From the human T2T-CHM13v2.0 reference genome, Homo sapiens: a stretch of 64,000 nucleotides of DNA. Positions 1 through 14,187 of the stretch are shown one piece after another. The notes under the pieces were generated by a model. That model ran no database searches. It saw nothing but the letters and a program-made list of their open reading frames with translations, and was not told the DNA's origin. Where the stretch lies: NCBI RefSeq assembly GCF_009914755.1, contig NC_060932.1; one strand, given 5' to 3'. How positions within the stretch are numbered: the stretch's first letter is position 1; every line of letters starts with the position of its first letter. Both the position numbers and the translations under genes were made by a program.

Positions 1-113
1 AGTTTGCTGAGAATGATGGTTTCCAGCTTCATCCATGTCCCTACAAAGGACATGAACTCATCCTTTTTTATGGCTGCATAGTATTCCATGGTGTATATGT
101 GCCACATTTTCTT
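1..113 (-). mobile_element. L1PA (approx. L1PA4-7) fragment, end of ORF2, running off the window start
   Basis: Reverse complement of the L1 ORF2 C-terminal sequence (AAGAAAATGTGGCACATATACACCATGGAATACTATGCAGCC); near-identical to 12117-12229 on the opposite strand. Confidence 0.9.
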
Positions 114-685
114 GCAGCTTTTCAATACTGACTTTTCCCCATTGGCCCAGGCTTGTGGTTTGTGTGACATTCAAGGAGGTAGAGAATGACTCTGACTGTG
201 TTCTTCCAATAGGAATGCAGTTGTTTCCATGGAGGATTCAAATAAACTCTACTTGGGACTTTGTATACCCTAGAACACACCCAACTGTTTCACCTCAAAA
301 GATCTTGTTTCCTTTAAGATAATGTGAAAATCACACAACCTCTACATGAGGGGCTTTGAAACCTGGCCCCAAAGTACATTGTGACATTTGCTATTTGCTC
401 TTTCAATGCCCATCTACTCCTATAACTTTGCTTTGGTCATTCCTTGTCCTAGACATACCATGTTCTTTGACACCTCTAAGTCTGAATTTGTGCTGTTTCC
501 CTACTTTAAATAGCATTCATACTAGTTATGATGAGCTATTTATTCATTTGTTTTTCTACCACAAATCTTGCATTGTACTTTGAATAGACCTAATGATCAC
601 ACGCTGCATTGAATTTCACACATTTCTCCTCTACTAGCCTGGGGGCCCCTCTAAGTCAAGAACAATCTGTGTCCACATCTAAGTA

Positions 686-2185
<1,500 letters not shown>

Positions 2186-2501
2186 TACTTCATGCTTGGC
2201 AAAGTACTTGGCAGGTAAAATGTCTAACTGAAACCAAACACTTTAGGGAGAAAAGAAAATACTTTTTACGTGAAGGGTTTCATGGACTGCATCTACCTGC
2301 TTCTTTTTCTATCTCCTCATGTTCATTCTTAGCATACAAACCAAGAATAGATTTTGGAGTCCCTTTTTTATAGAAAAATACCTGTCCTTAAGTGAAAAGA
2401 GAATATACTGTAAAGGAAAGTAGCAGTGCAGACCACAATCTAGAAATAGAGCTGATATTTGGAAATCAAGAAGAAACATGGACCTTAAAAACTAAAGCAA
2501 G

Positions 2502-2800
2502 GGCCAGGTGCAGTGGCTCATGCCTTGTAATCCCAGCACTTTGGGAGGTTGAGGCGGGTAGATCATTTGAGGTTGGGGCTCAAGACCAGCCTGGTCAACA
2601 TGGTAAAACCCAGTCTCTACTAAAAATACAAAAATTAGCTGGGCATGGTGGCATGTGCCTGTGGTCCCAGCTACTCGGGAGGCTGAGGCAGGAGAATTGC
2701 TTGAACCGGGAGGCGGAGGTTGCAGTGAGCCTAGATTGTGCCATTGCACTCCAGCCTGGGCAACAAAAGTGAAACTCTGTCTCTCAAAACAAACAAAGAA
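2502..2800 (+). mobile_element. AluS (Sq/Sp-like)
   Basis: Full Alu with A-rich tail; degenerate TSD AAAACTAAAGCAA / AAAACCGAAGCAA. Confidence 0.95.
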
Positions 2801-5248
2801 AAAAACCGAAGCAAAATGGATCACGAAGGTTTAGTTCTAGTGTATGCAGCAGGTGGCTAATGTTCCCCTTTCCCTACGGCCCAATGTACCACATTTCCTG
2901 TCCTAATAAGCATTTCTGTTTTTACTTTGAACTTTTCGTAAAAATCGCAGAAACATCCCTCTTTGGCAAGCACCAATGGCAAAGATACTTTGGAGGAAAA
3001 TAAAATTTTGCAAGTGATGCTGGGTGGCTCTAGATGCCACCAACCAAGGCTGTTATTATTCTCTGCTTTATTCTTGCAATGTGGGCTCAACTTTTCTCCT
3101 GATGTCTCTGACCACAGCTGGGCAGAGTGTAGATGCTTGAAGAAGAGGTGGTGGGAGGATGATGTATATGGGGAAGTGGACTCAGAAGACTTCTCCCGCA
3201 GTCCACGAGTAGGAGGGGTGAGGCGGTGGCACACGTGGAGTGGCAGTAATTGGGTACCACTCCACTTCATTACTCTCTTTGCGATGATCCTGCTGTCACC
3301 CAGGCAGGGACAGATGGAGCTATCAAGTGAGAAAGACATCACAGACCCAAAGGAAGAATGGTTTGCCACCTGTCCAGTAAGAGGTGAAATGGGGCATCTA
3401 TGCATATTTTTTGAATTGGAGATACACCCTTAAAATGAGAGGATTACTGTCTCATTAACAGTCATCTAAAATACCCAAGTTAATTTGACCCACTGGAGCT
3501 AAATGAATACATTCTTGTAAAGGGCATGAAGAGATATGGGGATTAGAATAAAACAATATATGTGGCAACAAGTGGAAAATACAGCTCTGTTATCTTATTC
3601 CTTCTCCTGTTATGTGCCTGTGAGATTATAACCCAGGTACTCATTCAGACTGAACTATTGAGTAGGACTTAGTGCTGCTACTCTGCTACTCTGCCTCTTT
3701 TTACTAATTCTAGTACTATTCATAATGTTATCTCTGCTGCTTGACCCTTCTGAACCTGTCAAATACGTTATCTCACAATGCATATTAATCTGAGACATGT
3801 GGTTGAAAGAAAGAGCTGATAAGTCCATCTTCAAGAAGTGTTAAGTATAAAGCATTTCTACTGAATGGGTATTGTGTTAAACATCTGCAGTATCACCAGA
3901 ACCTGGGGATATTTAATTAAAAACGCACACACACAAGATAATAAGGAGGGAAGGGCGACTCCCCTTGTATGGGGGCTTCTAATTCCTGATAGTAGGTTTC
4001 TTTTGCTGTATTGCTGCTAATTAAATATTCCATAGAAAGTCTTGCATTGATCTTGAAAGGTACAGTTAAACACATTTTAAAATTTATGTATGGCTTTGTG
4101 TGTATGTGAGTGTATGTTTAATAAGCTTAAATAGTTTAGGCATTAAAGCAGTCATAAATACAACACTAGAGCTAGTTCAGTTCCTCGGAAAGCAAGGTTA
4201 TACTGGGGAGAAAAACTTGTTTTGAGATAAGAAGAAAGAAAATAAAAAATAAAAAAAAAAGCATTATGAAAACGGTGTTATGAAGCTAAACTGGGAAGCT
4301 TAAATAATCATTCCTGAACAAAGGAAGCTGCATCACAAGAAGCCTGCCAGAAGTTGAGTGCTCATTTGAAGAGAATTCTTAAAGGCTATTTCTGCCAAGG
4401 AAAGTTAGGTTGAAAGATGACACGTTTTCTTTCCCCCTTTACAGGCTATAATTTACACTTTGAGGACTATTTTCCTTTTTCACCTCTACGGTGGATTTAC
4501 TAGCTCTAGTTGTTGAAGAAGCACAAAGATTTGGCCAACTGAGAGAGGGGATGCACCTTGAGAAATTTTAGTATCCTTGGGTTCCACGAGATTGTCAAGG
4601 CTTTCATCTCCTCTCTGTTAGCTGTAGCTGAAAACCCCTTTTGCTCTTTTCAAAGGTCAGGGTCGGTAGATATTTTTGTAAGGGGCACATTTGAACTAAA
4701 GAGGTGAGCAATTGCACTGACAGCAAGAAGCTTCTGCAAAAGAGTTGGTAAGAAAGAAAGGAAAGGTCATTGTTCTGGAATTTTTCCTCAAGGTGCAGAT
4801 TCAGAGCAAAGGGATAGAGACCCAGACTGAGGACAGGACCACAAAATAGGTGATTCCGGCAATGGGTCTCTTCACTTGCTTGAGCAATGTGGGGAAAGAC
4901 TATTGCCAAGGGAGAAGGGATACGATGAAAAGAAATGTAGAAGCCAGGTCAAATGATTCCTTCTCTCGCTCTATTCACTGTTAGCTCATTTTCTTGTTCT
5001 TAGGGTCTCTGAATCCTCCATATGAGGATAATATTAAATGCGTGTACCAAGAAAAATGACAACACCCCAAATTCATTAAAAAAACATGAAAACACTGTAG
5101 TCTAGAAAAAGTCCTAATGCAATCTGTAGCATTGACCTCCACGAAGATACCCTTTTAATCTTAAACCTACAAAATCACAGATTTCATTTTTCTCCTTGTT
5201 ACTTTTTCTGAAATTGAAGTACAATGCTACTGGGTAAACAATGTCTTG

Positions 5249-5556
5249 GACTGGGTACAATGGCTCATGTGTATAATCCCAGTATTTTGGGAGATTGAGG
5301 CAGGAGGATTGCTTGAGGCCAGGAGTTCAAGGCCAACCTGGCCAACATAGCAAGACCCCATCTCTACAAACAATAAGAAAAAGTTAGCTGGGTGTGGTAG
5401 CACACGATGGTAGTCCTAGCTATTCAGGAGGCAGAAGCAGGAGGATTGCTTGAACCCGAGATTCTGAGGCTGCAGTGAGCTATGATCACACTGCTGCACT
5501 CTACTCCAGTCTGGACCACAACCTGTGTCTCAGAAAACAAGTGAAAAACAAACAAA
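5249..5556 (+). mobile_element. AluJ
   Basis: AluJ diagnostics (GGAGGATTGCTTGAG, GAGCTATGATC); TSD AAACAATGTCTTG at 5236-5248 and 5557-5569. Confidence 0.93.
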
Positions 5557-5669
5557 AAACAATGTCTTGATTTTCACTGTAGGAGTAGTCATGCTTTCTA
5601 TGTATAGTGTTAAGTAAATCAAAAGAGGACATACACTTTTTCACTCTTGCTTGTTTTTAAATTAAAAAG

Positions 5670-6665
5670 AAAATCTCATCTCACCATAGAAGATACAGAG
5701 AGGGCAAATAAGCATAGGAAAAGATGCACTATGTCTTACATCTTCAGGTGAATGCAAACTAAAACAGCAATGAGATGCCACTACACACACACCTATTAGA
5801 ATGACCAAAATCCAGGACACTGACAATACCAAATGCTGGTTAGGATGTAAACTAATAGGAACTTTCTTTCATTTCTAGTGGGAATGTGAAATGGCGAAGG
5901 CACTTTGGAAGACAGTTTGGCATAGTTTCTTAAAAATCTAAGCCTATTCTTACCATATGATCCAGTAATCACACTCCTTGGTATTTACCCAAAGGAGTTG
6001 AAAATTATTTCTACACAATAACATGAACATGGATGTTTAAGCAGCTTTACTTGTAATTGCTGAAACTTAGAAGCAACCAAGATGCTCCTCAGTATGTGAA
6101 TAAACAAACTGTGGTACACTGAGACAATGAAATATTATTTAGCACTAAAACAAAATGAGGCATCAAGCCATGAAAGACATGGAGGAACCTTAACTGCATC
6201 TCACTAAGTGAAGAGAAACAATCAGAAACAGCTACATACTGTGTGATTCCAAGTATAAGACATCTGAAAAGGGTAAAACTATGTAGACAGTAAAAAGATA
6301 AGTGGTTGTCAAGGGTTGGGGGGAGTGGAAGAGGGAGGGATGAATAGGCAGAGTGCAGAGGATTTTTAGGGCAGTGAAAATACTCCGTATAGTACTATAA
6401 TAATGGTAGATACTTGCCATTACACATTTGTCCAAATTCATAGAATGTACAATACCGAGAGTGAACCTTAATGTAAATTATAAACTTTGGGTGATTAAGA
6501 TGTGTCAATATAGATTGATCAGTTATATCAAATGTACCACTCTAGTAGGAAATATTGATGGCTAGGGAAGCTATGCATGTATAAAGACAGGGGTATATGG
6601 GAAATCTCTGTATCTTGATCAAAATTTTCTTGTAAACCTAAAACTGCTCTAAAAAGTAAAACTTT
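5670..6665 (+). mobile_element. L1MC1/2-like 3' end
   Basis: Degenerate ORF2 C-terminus plus L1MC-type 3'UTR (GGGTATATGGGAAATCTCTGTA...AACCTAAAACTGCTCTAAAA). Confidence 0.8.
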
Positions 6666-8039
6666 TTTTTTTAAAGAAAATTACACAGCTATCTGTTTTG
6701 GAAAATAAATTTTGGAAAAATGTATAAAAGCAGTAAATAGATAAAAGACAACTTTAATAAAGAGCATAAAAACATATTGATGACATATTTTGCCTTCTTA
6801 TTACACATAACTTAGAATATGATGTAATGAAATATGTTTACCTGAGAATATAGGCATTTAAGTGTTTGTGTCACTGTTTTGTTTCCTCAAGGTTACCCTC
6901 TTGACTAAAACTGGCTATAATTTTCTAATTTGCTGTTAGCCTTGTGTATGCATTTCAAGATTCTCCACTTATTTTGCCTACATTCAAGAATCTGTTGCTT
7001 TTCTTCTGTGATAGGCTTTTCTTTTACATTAATCTTAACACTAACAAGACAGGCCTGATATATCCTAAACATTTTCTTGTTCTTTAGCATTTTTTTAAAA
7101 TACTCTATTGAAGGAAAATAAAGTAACTGTTGGTAGAAACTGTGATTAGAAGAAAGACTCATAGGAGATTTTGATTTAGGTTGTTTTATTCTTTTTTTCC
7201 CCAAAGAACTTTAAACTTTTTTCCTTGAGAATGTTTGTTCTGCATTTGTATATAATTTATAGATGTGTTAAAAACTGCATTTACCTTCAAGAATTTATAG
7301 TCTGGAACAAATTTCTTGGTTTACAATAGAATTGATTCTTTCTTAAAATTACATTATTGCGAGGTCTTTTAAAAAGTAAATTGCCTGTGCTTTATTTGCA
7401 CATGTTGATTTGTCAAAATAAAAATACGTAGTCATTTCTTCAGAGTCTTAATGATAAATCCTAGAGGTGATGAACAGAATATAGTGAAATTAAAATAAAA
7501 ATCTGAGAAATCTAGACAATTAAGAGAAATTGAGAGTTTGAAGAGCAGAGCAGCTATTGATTGATAATAATTAGATACATATTTATATTAACTTGTTATT
7601 TTAAAGGATCAGTTTGCTCCTTGTAGCAAAACTTGGAAGAAAAGTAGTCAGATTTTATATATGTTTCTTTCAATTAATGATTTTCCTTCATATAGGACAG
7701 ATTTATTTAGTTACTGCTACTTCTGTTTCATGATTATACTGATTGACTTTTTCTACCAGGTAAATAAATATTTCACAAAAGACTTTTTTCTATTTGCCCC
7801 TCTCTCCTTTATGTATGTTTCACTTGATGGATTTTGTCCTTATAAATTACTTTCTTTTTCCCAGTTAAAAAAATTGTTTCACAACTTTGAAATAAAAAGC
7901 AATACACAAAACACAAGAACTACCAAAAACATTGAACAAAATTTAAAATGTGTTTTTAACATTTTGCTTTCTTAAGATCTAGAAAGTTAGTTCCGGAAGA
8001 TGTAAGGGATTTGTGTTTTTGTTTGTTTGTTTTAATTTG

Positions 8040-8669
8040 TTTTTTCTTTTTAATTTTTATTTTTAGTTCTGGAGTATATGTGCAGGATGTTCAGGTTTGT
8101 TACATAGGTAAACATGTGTCCTGGTGGTTTGCTGCACCTATCAATCTATCACCTAGGTATTAAGCCCAGCATGAATTAACTATTTTTCTTAATGCTCTCC
8201 CTCCCCCAACCTCATCCCCTTACAGGCCCCAGTGTGTCTTGGAGAGTATGTGTTGTTTACCTCCCTGTGTTCATGTATTCTCATTGGGCAGCTCCCACTT
8301 ACAAGTGAGAACATGCAGTGTTTGGTTTTCTGTTCCTGCATTAGTTTGCTGAGGATAATGGCTTCCAGTTTCATCTATGTTCCTGCAAAGGACCTGATCT
8401 TATTCCTTTTGATGGCTGCATAGTATTCCATGATGTATATGTACCACATTTTCTTTATCCAGTCTATCATTGATGGGCATTTGTGTTGATTCCATGTCTT
8501 TGCTATTGTGAATGCTGCAGTGAACATACACATGCATGTATCTTTGTAATAGAATGACTTATATTCCTTTGGGTACATACCCAGTAATGGGATTGCTGGG
8601 TCAAATGGTATTTCTGGTTCTAGCTCTTTGAGGAATCGCCACACCATCTTCTACAATGGTTGAATTAAT
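8040..8669 (-). mobile_element. 5'-truncated older L1PA (approx. L1PA10-13)
   Basis: T-rich tail, L1PA 3'UTR; ORFs 8375-8647 and 8189-8374 translate as ORF2 C-terminus ([18 protein letters not shown]). Confidence 0.9.
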
Positions 8670-10649
8670 GAGAATTAGCCTTTAGAAAAATGCTTATTTT
8701 TATAGCAGTCTTAATCTAATCCTTAGGTACATTTACTTTCATCTACTTCTCCTTTATCACAAGAAAATTTGTTAATCAGGCATTTACCCATTGGAGAATA
8801 TTGGTAAGCATCTGGTTGGCATAGAAAAAGTCTATTGTTGGAAGTCTGTAGTTTCTTGGTTTGCATTTTAAGTGGTTCTCATGAACGTTTACTTATATTT
8901 GCTATAAATCCTTCCTTATTAACTACATCATGTTAGCCATCCAGTGGTAATCAATTTCTATCACTCTAAGCCCTGAATCTAGATCCATGAATTACCATTT
9001 TACTCCCTCAGCACTGATGAAGTCCACTAGTTTCCACATCATTTAAGCATCAAGATGATAAAGTCTATTTATAAGCATTGAGTCCAAGAATGAATATTAT
9101 GTAAATGTAGAGAATCATTATTCTATCCTAAACTGAGGAGCATCCCAGATCAATGCTATGATACATTGTTGAATTTATTGTTCTAGTCCTAATGGCACAC
9201 ACATTATATTGTCAATTTCAAGTTACTGGGCAACTTGTGCCAAAATGCCTCCATTCATCATATTGACAGTAATTTTAATCAAATTAACTATCCTTAAAAA
9301 AAAGCCCTGCTTCATTTGAGTTATATTGCTTTTCTGCCTACGGGGAACATTTACACAATTAACAAAAGCAGATCAAATGCTAATAAAGAAAACAAATGAA
9401 GATTTATTCATAATCCTCCAAAGAATTGTAATAATTTAATTAAGGTGTATGCTACTTTTGGAAGAAAAGTGATAAGATGGAAAAAAAATCCTTTGTGAGA
9501 AGGTAAAAGGAGGGGCAAAATAGCTTGTCTAAGAATTCTTCAGCTTTTATAATTTTTATTGATTTCATCTCAAAGAACAATAGGCAAAAATCCATTGAAG
9601 ATAGACGTTAGCACTTGGGGAGAAGAAAAAAAGGGTGGATCAATCAAAATCTGCAGCTTGCCAAATATTTGAAAGATATAGAGACAGCCAGGAGGGAGAA
9701 CAACAGTCTGGGGTGGTCCAAGGGAATAAAATAAATACTTAATGGGATGAAGTAAGAAGCAAAAGAAAATTCAAACTGATAATCAAGTAATGTTTTCTGG
9801 CAGTCACAGATTATTCATTCCTAAGCAATGTTAGACTTCCCATGGAGATGTTTTTCTTTAGAGTTTTATTCTCAGTCATTAAAAGAGAAACAAAGCTCCC
9901 TAAACTGTGATGTGAATGAAACATCAATGTTTGTGAAGATTGTTGGATCAGCTAAATGTAGTGAGGCATTTTGGGGGCAAGAATCCCAATGAAGTAATAG
10001 CCTTCAAACCTAGAGTAGACTTTGAGATTCAACTCCTAATTAATAAATCAGGTACAGAGAGTATTGCAGAGTAATTTAGAAAGTCACAGTCATTCTTTAA
10101 AGTCATCAAAGTGGTAATTCAGTCCTTCAAATTTATATATTATTGAGAAGGAGTTATGTCCACCATGGCATGAGAAGATTCTAGGGGTCATGGACCCATT
10201 CCTCGTCCAGGTGAAGGTTAAGTATAATCTGTATGGCAACTGTAAGATTGATATGTGCGATATAGGTATATTATTAAGGGGTAAAGCATCTAGGATTGAC
10301 TATAAGGGGAAATCAATGAAAGCTGAATTCTTCAGGGGAGCCAATATGGAGTTGGGCTAGGAACAACTGACAAATTCAAATGTGTAAAAGAGATAGGAAG
10401 CTATACGTGAAGAGAAATCTATTGGAAGTCACTAAGGCAATGGCAACTATTTGCTCATTTCACAATACTGTGAAATTTATAAAGTCTGCATGTTCAACTC
10501 CCTAAAACTTATAGGAAGAGTTTCATAGGATTGCTTATAGGAAGAGAATTTTACACAAAGAGAATGTAGAACATTGTTTTTTTTCTTAAAAAATAAACAA
10601 AGCTATTGTATATTCATGGAAATGCCTATATATAAAGGAAGCAGTACGT

Positions 10650-10780
10650 ACAATAGAGTAAGGACTGAATTGAAACTTTTAAGACATGGATGCTCAACAC
10701 AATTCTGCTATTAACTAGCATCAAGCTTTTGGTAAGAATCTTCACGCCTATGGACGGACCTCAGTTTAGCCATTTGTAAT
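10650..10780 (+). mobile_element. MIR relic
   Basis: Degenerate MIR core (CCTCAGTTTAGCCATTTGTAA). Confidence 0.5.
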
Positions 10781-11635
10781 GAATGAATGAATAGAAGAAA
10801 GTAGGTAAATAAGTAACATTTCCTAATTTCTTCAATGCTCCTTTTCTCTTCTACATTTCTAAAATTCTCTGAAGTATTTAGAAAAACAGTGTAGAACTAC
10901 CCATGGCCTAAAAATTTTGAGTATGGGAAAGCTCATTGCACACTGATGTTGATATGAGAACACATGGAAGATACCCAGTTCAAGTGAATGGTGAAAGGAA
11001 CTCCAACCAAGAAATTGATATCCTTCTTCATTACCTCCTTTCCCTTATCAGTTTTCCTTCCAGGAGCATGGTGGGTTGGGTCCCAACCTCAAATCCCATG
11101 AAGAGACATCATCAGGCTAACATCAGACAGACACAGGAATATAGTGTTAGGTTTGGAAAGAGGAAATAAAATTAATTAGTTTGATCTCTGTGTCAAGTAG
11201 CATTTCCTTCCCCTTGCAGTTTATCATTTCAGTGTGATATAACATCAGTATCCTAACTAGTAGCTTTCCTTTTGCAAACACTTAGTGTGACATAGTTCCT
11301 AAAGAATAAGTTGGAGCTGGAGAATCCTATTTGACAAGGAAGATTTAAAAATGTGTAGAATGAGGAAATGGAGTAGATCGAACACAAACATTTCTCACTT
11401 TTCAACATATGCAGTTAATATTGTTATTAATCTAAGTACTGCTTTGATATAAGGAAAAAACCTACTTGTACTTACTTATGTCATTTTATTACTTTTTTAT
11501 TTGGAAATAAGAAAGGCTATATTGTGTTGCTCAGTGCTTCTGTTTGTGAGTGTTAGGAAGACAGGTGGGATTAGCGATGGCATGTAATGAAATTGATTAT
11601 ATTTTAAACAGTTTATTGCTTCACTTTGAAAATAT

Positions 11636-12496
11636 AAATTTACAAGAAAAAAACAACCCTATCAAAAAGTGGGCGAAGGATATGAACAGACACTTCTCAA
11701 AAGAAGACATTTATGCAGCCAAAAGACACATGAAAAAATGCTCATCATCACTGGCCATCAGAGAAATGCAAATCAAAACCACAATGAGATACCATCTCAC
11801 ACCAGTTAGAATGGTGATCATTAAAAAGTCAGGAAACAACAGGTGCTGGAGAGGATGTGGAGAAATACAAACACTTTTACACTGTTGGTGGGACTATAAA
11901 CTAGTTCAACCATTGTGGAAGTTAGTGTGGTGATTCCTCAGGGATCTAGAACTAGAAATACCATTTGACCCAGCCATCCCATTACTGGGTATATACTCAA
12001 AGGATTATAAATCATGCTGCCATAAAAACACATGCACACGTATGTTTATTGTAGCACTATTCACAATAGCAAAGACTTGGAACCAAGCCAAATGTCCAAC
12101 AACGATAGACTGGATTAAGAAAATGTGGCACATATACACCATGGAATACTATGCAGCCATAAAAAATGATGAGTTCATGTCCTTTGTAGGGACATGGATG
12201 AAGCTGGAAACCATCATTCTCAGCAAACTATCGCAAGGACAAAAAACCAAACACCGCATGTTCTCGCTCATAGGTGGGAATTGAACAATGAGAACACATG
12301 GACATGGGAAGGGGAACATCACACACCAGGGCCTGTTGTGGGGTTGGGGGAGGGGGGAGGGATAGCATTAGGAGATATACCTAATGTTAAATGAGGAGTT
12401 AATGGGTGCAGCACACCAACATGGCACATGTATACATATGTAAGAAACCTGCACCTTGTGCACATGTACCCTAAAACTTAAAGTATAATAAAAAAA
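11636..12496 (+). mobile_element. 5'-truncated L1PA4-like element
   Basis: ORF2 C-terminus ([26 protein letters not shown] zinc knuckle), G-rich 3'UTR, short A tail, approximate TSD ATATAAATT. Confidence 0.93.
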
Positions 12497-12859
12497 TATA
12501 TAAATTAAACATAAGCTGATAGAAAGGACAGAACTTAGCACAAACCCATGTCAAGGAAGGCTTGAGATATAGAGCCCTATAGCATTTTTGGCTTATTTTG
12601 CATAATGCTTCTAAATACCAAGATTCAGTGCTCTAGACTATAGCACAGATGGAGATTATCTTGTAAAAACTATTTAAATAATGAGATCCAGACAGATTTT
12701 ATGTGAAAGCAGGTAATTTGACTGGTAAATATAATTGACTGGTTGGACAAAGCCCCATCGGCCTGAATATCTCTTATAACTCATCGAGATGACAGGTTCA
12801 GTCTAGAACTGACATTCCAAATATTTCTTGTCTTGATAAGAGAGTTAATAACAGGGAGT

Positions 12860-13060
12860 GGAGAAAGCACTGGGATAAGTATAAGGGGTTCTGAGCCTTC
12901 TAAGTTTGGTTCTACCATTTATGAGCTATGTTGTCTTGGGCAAGATACCTTTACATGTCTACACAAATAAACCTCCTATTTAAAAAGATGGTAATGCCCA
13001 CTCTTCCTTACTCGAACAGAATTGTGAAATTTGATTGAAATGATGTTGATGACATAACAA
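12860..13060 (+). mobile_element. MIR relic
   Basis: Degenerate MIR (GCTATGTTGTCTTGGGCAAG). Confidence 0.5.
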
Positions 13061-13099
13061 TGATTAAATGATAACTCAGTAACTGAATCCCAAGTTCTT

Positions 13100-13300
13100 A
13101 GTGTTATCCTAAGTGTTATAATTGGATCATTTTTGATTTCTACAAATGACCTAAGAGATCACTATTACCTTTTCCATTTTAAGGATGAGAAAACTGCTGC
13201 TCAGAACGTTAAAGGGACTTATCCAAACTCATGAGATAAGTAAAAGGCAGAACAAAGTTTTAAATCAGCTCTCACTGGTCCTAAAGCCTGTACTTATTCC
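13100..13300 (-). mobile_element. MIR relic
   Basis: MIR core in reverse (CCATTTTAAGGATGAGAAAACTG...CTCAGA). Confidence 0.65.
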
Positions 13301-13640
13301 ACAGTACTATTGGAAAACAGAGGAGTGCCAAACAAGTGACTGTAAGTATAGAGCACTTTTCAGTTTTCAGTTATGTTTCATTTCTATAAACAGAAATAAA
13401 TTGTAAAAATTCCTGTTACAACTTTGGTTATTTGTATTTTGGTTTTACAAGCAAGGTTTAAAAGCTTACCAAAGTCTTCTTATTGCTTAAGATCCATTTC
13501 AAATGCTGCTTAGTCTGTGAAGCCTTTAGTTAAACTCCTAGTCAGTGCTAGTTACTTCTTACATGAGTTAATGGGACTTCTGGCATTTTTAAACATATAG
13601 TAGTCTTTGTGTTTTTCCGTGCCTCTCTTTTCTTTTAGAC

Positions 13641-13808
13641 AAGGCTATTCAATAAAGTATCATGTGGCTATTTGAATGACTTAAATTAAATTAAAAATGT
13701 GGTACCTTAGTAACACAAAGTCACATTTCAAGAGTTCAACAGCCACATGTGGCTGTTGGTTATGTAGACACAGGACACTTTCATCATTACATCTATTGGA
13801 CAGTGCTT
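13641..13808 (-). mobile_element. MER3-like hAT-Charlie MITE
   Basis: AGCCACATGTGGCT palindrome, CTATTGGACAGTGCT terminus. Confidence 0.75.
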
Positions 13809-13816
13809 CTTTAGAT

Positions 13817-14040
13817 CAGGGGATGAAAACTATGGCCTGGGGGCAAAATCTGGCCTGCTGCCTATTTATGTAAATTAAGTTTTATTGGATGACAGCCATA
13901 CTTATTCATTTGATATTTTCTTTGGCTACATTTGTGTTAACAATGCAAGAATTAAGTAGCTCCAACAGAGACCAAATGGCCCACTAAGTCTAAAATATAT
14001 ACTATCTGGACCTTTACACAAAAAGGTTTGCAGGCTTCCA
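13817..14040 (+). mobile_element. MER58A hAT-Charlie MITE
   Basis: CAGGGG...AAACTATGGCC start, AAGTTTTATTGGA core, CCTTTACACAAAAAGGTTTGC end. Confidence 0.8.
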
Positions 14041-14187
14041 ATTTAGACTACAAGTTGTTTGAGGCTTAAAGCTCCAAGCATGTTCCTTTTATTTTGGGGC
14101 CCATCATATTAGATTATCTAGTAAGAACCAAGGCACTTTTGCTGAACTAAGTTGACATCAAATTAAGAAACAAACCCCATCTGATCC

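Noticed and set aside
2857-3433. Overlapping antiparallel ORFs of 182 and 156 aa as stand-alone genes
   Set aside because: No recognisable domain, the + ORF begins at TTG, and there is no promoter evidence; kept only as part of the exon hypothesis
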